Shown here one piece after another: positions 39,125 through 50,806 of a stretch of DNA of 64,000 bases. The stretch's first letter is position 1; each line of letters begins with the position of its first letter. Location of the stretch: NCBI GenBank assembly GCA_965644295.1, contig CBFFRP010000032.1, positions 59,208 to 123,207 on the forward strand, given 5' to 3'. The notes beneath the pieces were generated by a model. That model had not been told where the DNA came from and did no database searches. It saw only the letters and a list, made by a program, of their open reading frames with translations. This DNA comes from Paraphysomonas bandaiensis. Its lineage: Eukaryota > Protista > Chrysophyceae. Position numbers and translations under genes: made by a program.

Positions 39125-42100
39125 ATGGGTGATATATATAAATTTCGAAATGCTCAAACTAAAGAAGAATGCTCGGTGTTCATTCCCTCTAACATATCGT
39201 GGAGTCAATTAATTGGACTTGTTTCATTAAGATTGGATTTAAAACACAGTGTCACTCACTTTGCTCTTGTCCAACAAACGTCGCCCTTTCCTGTGTCAAC
39301 CATAGCAGATGTAAACCAATTTGTCGATGGATGTAAGCTATATAGCACTGTGCCAGGACCAGCCTTTGTGGTGCATTTGGGCAACTCTGTGGAGTCTTGT
39401 GGGATAGGTACAATTGTTTCTGTTCTCCGAAAGGTTCTAATTTATCTATAGATACTTCCGCGCACCTCGACAAAAAGTTAGATTCTTCGAATATACGAGC
39501 TGTCAATGTGAACTCAACCACACATTTTGATGGTAACACCACCGCGAAACAATCTATTGATAAGCCTCTTCAGACCTCACCTCATAATTCCCCTCCATCA
39601 TTGGCGTTTATTGGAATTCAGAAGCATCAATCCGTTGTACAGAGCTGTAATAATGGGACATCGAATCAGTGCCGCATTGCCATCAAAGTAGCGGACTCCA
39701 ACTCTGGAGAAGTGTTTCATGTATCTATTCCAGCGAAGTGTCCATGGAATGATCTCGTGAAGTATATAACTACTGAATTCAATCTTGTACGATGTGATAC
39801 TATAACCCTGATGTTGAAAGACAGTGATATGGACCGTATGAGCCCTGTCATTGATTCTGACAGTAAATTTTGGAAGTATTACACCACTCATTGTAGAGAA
39901 GATGGAAGCTACTTTGAAGTACTTGGAGGTAATAATGTGTTATCTGAGCCGTCACTCCCATCGACCAGGGGTTCCCCTCAAAGAATTGGTCAGCGTGCAG
40001 ATGATATATTGTCTACTTCTCCAGAGCTTCCTCTGCAAAAGAAGCCAGCGTTAAGTTCTAGTAAGGACTGCTCTCAGAGCAGTTCAAGCAAGACAAAAAG
40101 GCAATATAACACTTGCTCTACCCAATTAGCTGATGCCACAAAGGCCGTGAGAGCATCAATACCCAGCCATGACTTGAGTGCTCTGATGGATGCCTGCAGT
40201 CGGGGAGACATTGCTACGGTACAACGGTTATGCGACCAATCACCCTCGGCTTTGTGCCACTGTGATGACAGTGGAAACACCCCACTTCACATAGCCGCAT
40301 TGCATTCACAAAATGCTGTGCTGGAGTATTTGTTGAGATCTCGTGCGAACATTCTTGCAAGAAACAATGTAGAGAACACGTGCATTCACATACTGTGTGC
40401 GAAAGGAAACCTTCCCATTGTGAAGCAAATGAAAGTTAGTCCAGGGTTCGACGTGAATCTTCCTCGGCCTGATGATACACGTCTATTACACTTGGCATGT
40501 CGCTCCGGTAACTATGATTTGGTGGTCTGGCTGGTTGAAAACGGAGCCAAAGATATGAATATCGTTAATGAGAACAGTGTAACCCCGTTGCATTTTTCGT
40601 GCCTAGGGCCACACTTAAAAATTGCTCAATATTTAGTTGCTCAAGGTGCACACGTAAATGTCCGTGACAAAAGTGGCTTTACTCCCTTATTTTTTGCTTG
40701 CTCGTTTGCTGACTTTGTAATGGTGCAATGGCTTGTTTCACAAGGTGCCCTTGTTGATATAGCGAGCCACAAGGGTGATACTCCTTTGCACTTAGCGGTT
40801 GCTCGTGGCGATGAAAGTATTGCAAGGTTTTTAGCTGAGCAAGGTGCTAATTTAGAGCTGCGTAATGGAGATGGCCTGACTGCTGTGGAACGAGCGCAAC
40901 TGCGGAAAAATACTCAGTTAGCCCATGGTTTGCTATCAATATATCAGAAAGGATGTCCCTCACCAGATGAAGTTGACATTGTTGCCGCGTTTCACAAAGC
41001 TTGTGCGGATGGCAGAGAGATTGATGTAGCCTCTTATCTTGACCAAGGTATAGACCCAGGTGTACGCAATTCAAAATATTACACCGGGTTACACTTTGCT
41101 GCGATGTATGGCAAGATTGAAATAGCAGAGATGCTGCTGGACAGTGGGGCTGAAGTAAATGGCATAGATAGACATTTAGGCAAAACCCCACTGCACTTGG
41201 CCAGTGAGCATTCACAGGTAGAAATGTCGCAGTGGTTAGTTCAACGCGGTGGTGCAAACGTTATGCTATGTAGTTTTGACGGTCGGAATTGCTTGCATTA
41301 TGCTGCACTCAGTGGAAACTCTGCATTAATGGAGTGGTTTGTAGAACTGGGAGTAAATCCTCATGCGGTTACCGTGGAAGGTAGCTCAGTATTACATAAT
41401 TGCTGTTTTGCTGGCAATTTGCCGGGTGCTATGCTCTGCGTGTCGCTAGGTGTATCGGAGACACTGACAGACTCGTACAAATCCACACCACTTCATGTCG
41501 CATGTGAGCATGGATTTGAAGACCTGGCTAGGTGGCTGTTAGATGTGAATTCCGACCACATTAATGCTCCTAATATTCATGGAATGACTCCATTCCTATT
41601 GGCTGTATTCAATGGACACTTTGAGTTAGTGAAGGTCTTGAGTGATCGTGGTGCAGATACTAATGCTCGTGCTTATGCCGCACGGCAAAGGAATTCTGCC
41701 GCTCATTTTGCATGTATTAGGGGCTCTCTGCGGATATTTCAATGGTTAGCAACATGCTTGCATGTCGACTGTTCCTCTTTTAACAATCAACATGAGACTC
41801 CGGTGTCACTAGCACGAAAGCACAATCACAAGGAGATTCTTTCTTGGGTTGCGGAATTTGGAGCAGAGCATGGTATTGACATGGAGGCTTTATCGGATTG
41901 CTGTCAGGTTCTTGATACATCACCTGTTAGCAACTCCAATTGTCTCATTCCTGCTGTGCGTGCTGGTGACTTAGATTTAGTTAATCACCTTGTCAGTAAT
42001 GGAGCTAATGTCAATATGACATATGAAAAAGGCGTCACCGCGTTACATGCTGCGTCATCTCAGGGCAGACTTGATATTGTAAAGTATCTTGTTGAGCATG

Positions 42101-43242
42101 GGGCGGATGTGTCTATAAAAGACAATGAGGGGATGACCGCTTATGATTACGCTGTAAATGGTAATCATTCTTACATTGCGATGTGGTTGAAGCCATCGGA
42201 AGTTAAATCTTTGTGTAAAACGAAATCTCCGTCTATGCTTTTTTCATGTTTCACTTTATCCGATGATATTGCTGATTGTCCTCCATCGGAACCAACTTCA
42301 GATTACGAAAGCAACGCAGAATCTATTGCACCAAGTCGCTACAATGACTTTCGTGTGGCTTGCAGTGATAATGACTTAAATACAGTCAAGGCGCTTGTCA
42401 AGCAGGATAGTATGTGCGTGCGTACAACTATACAGCCAACTGGTAGAACTGGGTTGCATTATGCATGCCTTCATGGGAATTTGGGAATAGCGGAATATTT
42501 AATTGAAAATGGTTCAGATATTAATGCTGTTGATGATGAGGGTTCAACTCCGCTTCATCTTGCTTGCGAGGAAGGAAAAAACGATGTTGCGCTTGTGCTG
42601 ATTCGCAGTGGTGCTGATATGAGTATCTACGACGACTTCGGCACTACAGCACTACATAAAGTGTGCGAGCACGGTTTATTATCTCTAATGAAAAGAATAA
42701 TAGATTATTCTCAGTCAGTGCTTGATTTAGATATGACTATGAAAACAGAAGACGGCGGCTTATCAGCCATGCATATTGCAGTCGACAAGGAAAATGTAGA
42801 CATGGTGAAGTTGTTGACTTCTGTTCCAGATTTAGTGAATGCCAGGGACGAATTTCATCGAACTCCTCTTCATGTTTGTAGCATTGATGGGAATTGCACT
42901 ATTGCTGAAATTCTTCTCGATTGTGGCGCATTCATAAACGCCAGAGATGATGACAGTATGACTCCTCTGCTATATTCTTGTACAAATGGGCACTTAAAAC
43001 TAGCTAAACTCTTAGTTTCGCGAGGAGCTAACGTGTTAGCTGAGAGTGAGAAACAAGGAAATTGCTTGCACATGGCTTGCAAGCGAAATGATTTTACAAT
43101 GATTAAATGGCTTGTTGTTAAATGCGGTGTCGACCCAAATGGGGAGAGTTTTCAAGGCGTATCTCCTCTGCAGATAGCGCGTAGTTTAGAATCTACTCAG
43201 ATCGCAGATTGGTTGTTGGCGAGATGCAGTACTAGCAGTTGA
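39125..43242 (+). CDS. About 1,357-aa paralog: two PB1-like modules plus about 25-30 ankyrin repeats; 2 exons
   Basis: Phase-1 intron 39408-39451 joins ORFs 39125-39451 and 39397-43242 in frame (CGI/DTSA). The module IAIKV...VSIPAKCPWNDLV...LMLKDSDMDRMSPVIDSDSKFWKYY matches the giant gene. Many GxTPLHxA repeats. Confidence 0.88.
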
Positions 43243-43352
43243 CCGAGAAGACTCTAATATGTAAATTATATATTCATCACTTTTTATCATCGTTGTTTGG
43301 TAGAGCTGACACATTAGTGGTATCTTTCTACTACACTTTGAGTATTGAATGT

Positions 43353-43371
43353 GGGTTAGGGTTAGGGTTAG
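43353..43371 (+). repeat. Short interstitial telomere-like (TTAGGG)3 tract
   Basis: GGGTTAGGGTTAGGGTTAG. Confidence 0.5.
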
Positions 43372-43570
43372 ACTAGGAAGCGTATATTCTTTTACACGAT
43401 TATGGTAGAGTAATTAGCATTTTCCAACTAGATGTGAAAAATTTGGATAATGATTTAATACAATTACGTAAAACCATGCTGGTTAACTCTATTCTATTCG
43501 ATACTATTTTGTACCAGAAATGTAATGATTCGCATAAATAGTAGCTTTATTGTAAACTGTGCTCGCATAC

Positions 43571-43877
43571 TATTGAACTACAACCAACTCCTACGTGCGT
43601 ACTTGAAGTTTGGTAAAGTCAATCGCTAGTAGTTATCCTGTATTCTATGTAGCAATGAAATACAGAATATACATGACTACAGTATAGGAGTAGCTATTAC
43701 AAGTATACAAAGAAACTGAAAATATAGTAGCTGTTAAAGATATGATTTGTAGAACAGAATGTTGATGTTGGTAAATGACGTGGTTCCTAACTCACAGGGC
43801 TACAACATCATAAACTTACTATATCTCCTATAATATCAATCAGTCAATATTGCACTAACTAAAAGCGTAAATTAATA
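43571..43877 (+). repeat. 5' LTR (TATT...AATA termini)
   Basis: Base-for-base identical by eye to 48360-48666. Confidence 0.95.
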
Positions 43878-46800
43878 TGGCAGCGGATGGAAATTTCACG
43901 AATGTCGCCTCAGGCTCAAAGGTACCTCCCTTCGAGGAACTGAACTTCAAGAAATTCAAGAAGTTCTTCACCTCATTCCTCATGAGACACAATCGAGCTC
44001 ATCTTGTCCTCTCAAAGGATAAACCAAGGCACATTCATGATCTAGACTCTACAGTCCCAGCGGGAGCTCATATGACTGATGCACAGAAGAAGCGACTACG
44101 CAAAGCGAAGAAACTCTGGAACACCCGGAACGAGACCGCGTACTCCTTCCTGATGGAAGTGTGCAATGCTCACCCAAAAGCAGGCACAACAGCGGCTCTC
44201 TACGAAGGAAGTACAGCAAAAGGGTTACTACAGGCACTGGAAGAGAGATTTCTCAATGTTGAAAAGAATACAGTACAGGCAGAGGTCACAAAGTTCAATT
44301 CAATGAAGATTACCTCAAGTCAGTCAGGAGCAGAGTTCGTCGACAGCGTTGAAGCCCAGGCCAAGATTCTCGAGAATCTAGGTCGTGAAGTCACGGAAGA
44401 CGACAAGCTCACTCGACTAAAGGAAGGTCTCACAGACAAGAGATATTCCCAACTAGCACACAGCCTGTATACAGCAAACGATGTGACATACGCAAGAGCA
44501 AGCAGCCTAATCAAAGGGTATGAAAACACATCATTCGGCAAGCATGCGTTGCAAAATTCAGGGGAAGACAGTGTCAATCAAGCAGTGGATGACAGTAAAT
44601 GGAAAGAGCACAAGAGAAAGGGCAGATGCAATAAGTGCAAGAAACTTGGCCACTTTGCTAGGGAGTGCAAGACTCCAGAGCATGTCATAAAGAGGATGAA
44701 GGGGACAAGATCACAGAGAAAAGATAGAGATCACAGAAACAGGGGTGATAACAAAACAAAGCTACCTGTGTGTGAGATATGTGACATCCCAGGCCATCAG
44801 ACTAAAGACTGCTTCCACTTGAAGACTGCTAAAGCTGCAGTGGTCAGTTCTAAACGGGGGCGAGACTCTAGAAGGGAAACGGCACCCTACAAGAACAAGA
44901 AGAAACCGCGAGTGTCTGTACATGATTCAGAAGATGAAGCGGGATACGAATCGATGATATGTGTGGAAGAAGAGGTGAATCTAGCACAGAGCATGTCAGA
45001 TGTTATTTATTTAGACAGCGGGTGCAACAAGATGATCCTTACCTCCAAAAACCACATGACCAACCTTCAGCGCGCTGATAGGCAGATGTCCACAGCGAAC
45101 AAAGGTAAACTGTCAATACACAGTGTTGGCGATGTAGGAAGCTTTAAAAAGGTGTACTACGCACCTGAAGCAAGTAAGAACCTCGTAGATATGAAGAGCA
45201 TCACAGATAGGGGTTGTGTTGTGACGTTCGATAATGATGAAGTCGTCATTCGAAATAAGACTACGAACAAGACACTCATTAGACAGAGAAGTGTTAATGG
45301 ATTATATCCAGTTCGACTCGAAGACTTACTTCAGCTTGGAGAAGAATCCTCAGCAGCACTTGAGGAGCAGGGGTTTGATGACCAGCGAATTCTATGGCAC
45401 AAAAGACTTGGCCATGTCAACTATGATAAACTGACTGAGTCCGACCGCCGAGGCCTAGTTGATGGAATAAATCTGGACAAGAAATATTTCAGAAAAAAAC
45501 ACAAAAAAACGATATGCAAATGTAATACCTGCATGCGATCGAAACTCACGAGAAAGAACTTCAGGACTCCACGCCAGTTGATGAACTTAGACAACAACCC
45601 AAAGGAGAGAGGGGTGCTCAGTGCAGATACGATGGAAGTCCTAAACACGCCATCGATGGAAGGCTACAAACATGTGTTACTATTCAAGCACAGTGATGCA
45701 AAACATGTATGGGCTTATGGGTTGAAAAACAAGACTGGGAGTGAAGTGTTAAAGTGTATGAAGGACATGGTAGAGACCCAACTTGTCAAAGAAGGATTGC
45801 AACTACGACGATATCATGCAGATGGCGCAGGAGAACTAGTAGGGCAACATGTCAGGCAGTACTTACGTGAAACCACCAGCACAAGGACTGTACAGGTTAC
45901 TTGGACTCCACGTGACACACCCGAAATGAATTCGCTATCGGAACGCACTAATCGTACAGTGAAGGAGATGGCCCTTGCTATATTGCTCGATAGTGGCATG
46001 CCATCAGTATTTTGGTTCAAAGCAGTCTTGCATGCTGTATATCTGATCAACAGGTTACCTACGAAGACAACGAAAGGATACATCTCACCTTTTGAGTATA
46101 TTACTGGAACCGCACCAGATGTGAGTGACTTGAAGATCTGGGGCTGCAAGGCATGGGCTATTGTGCCGAAGGAGCAGCGCCGCAAAGAGTGGAAAGAAAA
46201 GGGAAAACCTGGATACTATATGGGACAATGTCAACAACCTGTTGGACACCAAATATATATTCCAGACCTGAATGCTATTATTGTTGCAGTCAATGCACAG
46301 TTTGATGAGTCAATTCCAGAGCGTTCACAGGAGTATTTCGACGAAATAGATAATCTACAAATCGACACCTCAGAAACAGCAGAGAGTGTAAATGACTATC
46401 AGTACCTGGTGGGCCTCAGACATCTTGATGGACACCTGTGTTATGTTACCACCAGAGTGATAGAGAGAAGAGGAGTCATTGTTGCATATAGGAGATTAGA
46501 TATGAAAGGAAATACTACCGAGGAGCAAACTCCAATTCATATCAAAGATGTAGTAAAGATGACTCACTCTACAAAGTGTCAGACCGACAAGTTTAATAGT
46601 TTGCGAAATGAGTTGGATCAGACTTGTAATGACAGTGACAATGAACAGAGGACTCCTGACCGCTCAAATCGGGGCGCATCTTCAACAGGTGGGGCAGATC
46701 GAAATCCCAGAACTGAAAAACGACCTCGAAAAAAACGGCACATTGTTAACGTTGGTGTCCTCGGCGATGTCTCATTGTTTCTTGATTCCTCCAACAGCAC

Positions 46801-48311
46801 AATTAAAGAGCCACAGACGCTGGCAGAAGCAAAGAAGACTCCACAGAGAACATACTGGATTGAAGCTACCAGGAAGGAGGTGCACAAGCTTGAACGAAGG
46901 ACATGCTGGAAGATTGTCCGAAGGCCGAAACACCGAAAAATCATAAAATCTAAATTGGTCTTTAAAGTAAAGCGCGACCATCTTGGAAAAATTAAGAAGT
47001 TCAAAGTTCGACTTGTGGCGAAAGGGTTTACTCAAGAACAAGGAGTCGACTATAATGAGACATTCTCCCCAGTAGCTAAAGGTGTATCATTTAGGCTAGC
47101 ACTAGCACTGGCTCTGCGATACAATCTGCAACTCCGTCAACTCGATGTAGAAACGGCATTTCCGTATGCAGATCTGGACGAAGACGTGTTTATGTCTCCA
47201 CCTGCAGGAATAGATATTCCACAAGGCTGTTGTTTGAAGATTCTGAAGAGTTTGTATGGCCTAAAACAAGCGCCTCGAAATTGGCATTCAATGCTGAAGG
47301 ACAGTATAAAGGCGATGGGATGATATCATTGTGCTCAGCTCTGACAGCCGTCATATTGAAGAAGTCATCAGCGCCTTTAAGACTCAATATGCCATGCAAG
47401 ATATGGGGGACCTTAAGCATTATTTAGGTCTTACCATTGAGCGTCATAATGGCCAGATTAAGTTACATCAGTCTGCATATGCTAAAGATGTTGTGGCCAG
47501 ATTCAATCACTTGTTGTCAGAAAAGAAGAGACGGTGCAAGGCAACCACACCTCTACCACCTGGCCTAAAGTTGTCCAAGGATGCAAAAGAGGAAGAAACT
47601 CGAAAACAGAGAGAATACGTTGATGCATTTCCCTATCAATCTGTTATTGGTGCCTTAATGTATTTGGCAGTGCATACTAGACCAGACATGGCATATACAG
47701 TAAATCTTCTCTCCCGGTTCACCACAAGACCCACGTACGCTGCATGTCAAGCTGCTCTGCATACTTTATTGTATTTAGAAAATACAGTTGATCAAGGTAT
47801 CATATTTCCTAATTTCACAGATGAAGACCCTCTATGTGTGTACTCTGATGCAGATTGGGCCGGAGATCTGGATACATGCAGATCCACTACAGGGTATATC
47901 GTATATCTGTGGGGTGCTCCAATTGCATGGCAGTCCAGACTGCAGCCAACAGTGGCTACGTCGACTATGGAAGCTGAATATATGGCTGCATATGCTGCAA
48001 TTCAGGAGATTGTATGGATACGAGGGGTGATGACAGAGCTCGGAATTCGTGGATTTGAGCTCAGTAAGAATGCGTCTCCAACAATCTTGAATATGGACAG
48101 CAAGAGTGCGATTGATCTAGCTCAGAACCCGGTAAATCATAAACGTTCCAAGCATATTCGGATCAAGTATCATTGGATTCGAGAGCAAGTGGGAGGCTGT
48201 ATCGTCAGGCTGAATCATGTGCCAACGGCAGAGATGACAGCAGACGTGATGACTAAAGCCTTGTCCGAGAAGCTGCACTATCAGCATGTGCACACTATGG
48301 TATCGCACTAA
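43877..48311 (+). pseudogene. Copia gag-pol polyprotein, broken by a deletion/frameshift at about 47320 within RT
   Basis: Zinc knuckles CNKCKKLGHFAREC and CEICDIPGHQTKDC. Protease YLDSGC. GAG-pre-integrase LWHKRLGH. Integrase D..D..E (PEMNSLSERTNR). RT KVRLVAKGFTQ, QLDVETAF, SLYGLKQAPR. RNase H YSDADWAG...STTGY. The stop at 47323 coincides with loss of the segment before DDII. Confidence 0.93.
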
Positions 48312-48359
48312 GTAGACTTGCTCATCACAGTATATTCTGATATGTTCATTGAGTGGGAG

Positions 48360-48666
48360 TATTGAACTACAACCAACTCCTACGTGCGTACTTGAAGTTT
48401 GGTAAAGTCAATCGCTAGTAGTTATCCTGTATTCTATGTAGCAATGAAATACAGAATATACATGACTACAGTATAGGAGTAGCTATTACAAGTATACAAA
48501 GAAACTGAAAATATAGTAGCTGTTAAAGATATGATTTGTAGAACAGAATGTTGATGTTGGTAAATGACGTGGTTCCTAACTCACAGGGCTACAACATCAT
48601 AAACTTACTATATCTCCTATAATATCAATCAGTCAATATTGCACTAACTAAAAGCGTAAATTAATA
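48360..48666 (+). repeat. 3' LTR
   Basis: Identical to 43571-43877. Preceded by the polypurine tract and followed by TSD CATAC. Confidence 0.95.
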
Positions 48667-48672
48667 CATACA

Positions 48673-48862
48673 TACATGTAGTGAATGTCTTAATATTAGC
48701 AATAGGCGTTTACGAGTCAGAACTAATGTAGCAAAGCAACTTAACTAACTAGTGCTTAACCCTAATATCCGCTCGCGCGCCACCGCAAGCACCAAGGTGC
48801 AATCACTTTCGCTCTATCGCTCAAAGCAAACAAGTGAGCAAGCAGAATGATGATATACCTGA
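48673..48862 (+). repeat. Diverged interspersed repeat, copy 2 (see 15955-16208)
   Basis: Same collinear blocks as copy 1. Starts a few bases after the Copia TSD. Confidence 0.75.
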
Positions 48863-49028
48863 AAATGCATATATATATGGCTAGTTAGTGATTCACAATA
48901 GTCGTAATAAACATCTTGATTTCAAATTAGATATCTATATACGTTATAATATCAGCATGGAAGTCTTCTTCAGTTACGTCATATTCTAATATATGTCATT
49001 TTCAAACAAACTGAATTTCCCCTATTAA

Positions 49029-49121
49029 AGGCCTGGTAACAGTTAATGACCCATTTCCCCGCTATTATAATAGCCATTAACAAATATGTTCCGGGAATTA
49101 CAATGGCCATTAATGGTAGGG
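49029..49121. mobile_element. Degenerate copy of the hAT-type MITE at 20498, opposite orientation
   Basis: GTTAATGACCCATTTCCCCGC...ATAATAGCCATTAA.AAATATGTT aligns to the reverse complement of 20498-20604. Confidence 0.55.
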
Positions 49122-49665
49122 TCGATGACTAACTCTAGATTATATCAATCATAATATATAGTGTGGGGGTATCTTAATTACTAATTAGGTAAAGAGATAC
49201 AGACTACAAATCATAACTACACATCATCATTTTTCTCGCTCTCCACTAGCACATCAAGATCTTGCTGCAAAGCTTCCAGGCCCTTTGAGGTGGCTTAATG
49301 CTTTTAATTGATTGTTGTGATGCAAGTACTTTCTGTATTAAATAATAAACGATGTAGTAGTAATGAGACGATTGTAGTAACACATCAATCACCAACACCA
49401 ACTTTCTCTACAGGTTTTATCTTTAACAGGTACTGTATTTTCAGTTTCTTTGTATATTATATTCTTACTCCTACTTCTGTTGTCATGTATGCAAATCAAA
49501 CTAGGACATCCTTTAATTTCGCCGAGAATGTACCACATGCTTAAAAATTCTAATCAATCGCACAGTGTCTAGTGACAAATGATATTTTAAAGACAGCAAT
49601 AATGTTTGAGTTATAGATAGATAGCAATCAATCAACTACACGACGTGTTTACGGTTATGAAAAAT

Positions 49666-50406
49666 CTACAAGCCAATATAATAATCACAATTATAAGATT
49701 TCCATTTTTTTTGTAAATCATTAGGCAATTGTCCCCATGATACGCCAGTAACAACACTATAATCTCTCTTCCATCCATTGCACATATCGATTACTTCATT
49801 CTCCTCAGGGAAATCGGCGCCCTCTTCACCGCTTTCAACCCCACCGTAATTCTCAAAATTGCCGATATTCTCAAACTCCTCTTCTCGTTGCACAGGATCG
49901 AAGTATTGAGATTCTTCTCGTTGTGCTTCAGATTCAAACAAATCGTCTATGAGGTTACCCAGGGCCTCAGGGTCTTTGTATTTGTCCTCCACAACATATT
50001 GAGACATAGGAGGGGCAGGCTGTGCAGCAAGTGTCAACGCAATTCGCACAGCTTCATCTTTGGAATGATCGACTAACTTCTGCATTTCGATAGCATCTAT
50101 GGTGGCAAGTTTCGCTTGCAGTTCATTTATCACTTTTTCAGTTAATAAACTATTTTTCACCATCTATTGAAATCTGTTAAGGCCAGATAGTGCATGCGGG
50201 TCGTAACATACCTGGGACTCAACCTCCAGAAGCCTTCTCTCCATCGCCTTCACGTAGTCATCCATATCTCCCAGTCCACTAGATTGAACACATTTCATCG
50301 CGTGCCAATAATTGAATCCTATGATGAAAACTCCAGCAAATAATATAAAAGCAGCTGCAGTTGTAATTGAAATCTGTCCCTTCTTTTGCCCATGCCCATC
50401 CGACAT
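49666..50406 (-). CDS. Type II membrane protein with coiled-coil stem and small C-terminal Cys/Trp domain; 2 exons
   Basis: Single N-terminal TM (AAAFILFAGVFIIGFNYW). Intron at about 50164-50211 (ESQ|gtatg...aatag|ATG). C-terminus CNGWKRDYSVVTGVSWGQLPNDLQKKWKSYNCD. Confidence 0.7.
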
Positions 50407-50806
50407 GATCCTGACTATTTGATAACTAGCAATAGCGTATAATTGAGGTCACAAGTTAAGCTACTGCGACTGCTAGGACGTCCTCCTTGTGCATGTATGT
50501 TAGTATATGGTTTCATGTGATGCGATGGTGTCAGACAATACAGTACTCAGCTCTGTATGCTCCCATGCGGTATACCGCCGTATAAAAGACTTTGTATTCT
50601 GCTGCACAGCAGAGTGCACACTGCACAGGTACACAGCAGCAGTATGTACAGCGCCGATCTCACTAAGAGAAAGATCACATCCACACTCCTCTACACAGCA
50701 GACCATACAGATACATACAGAGTATAGTTCTGGTCTCCCCGGGACTATATATTCTCAGCGAGTGTGTTTGTGCCTCTAGTAAGGTTACGTATATCCTAAC
50801 GTAGTA

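Larger units (their letters stand above)
43571..48666 (+). mobile_element. Ty1/Copia LTR retrotransposon, recent, RT-defective
   Basis: Identical 307-bp LTRs. 5-bp TSD CATAC at 43566-43570 and 48667-48671. PBS TGGCAGCGG at 43878. Purine tract GAGTGGGAG before the 3' LTR. Domain order gag-PR-IN-RT-RH. Confidence 0.97.

Noticed and set aside
43353-43371. Telomere or chromosome-fragmentation site
   Set aside because: Only three TTAGGG units, internal, with ordinary sequence on both sides.
47310-47335. Programmed frameshift in the Copia pol
   Set aside because: Coding sequence for part of the RT active site is physically missing, so this is a deletion and not recoding.
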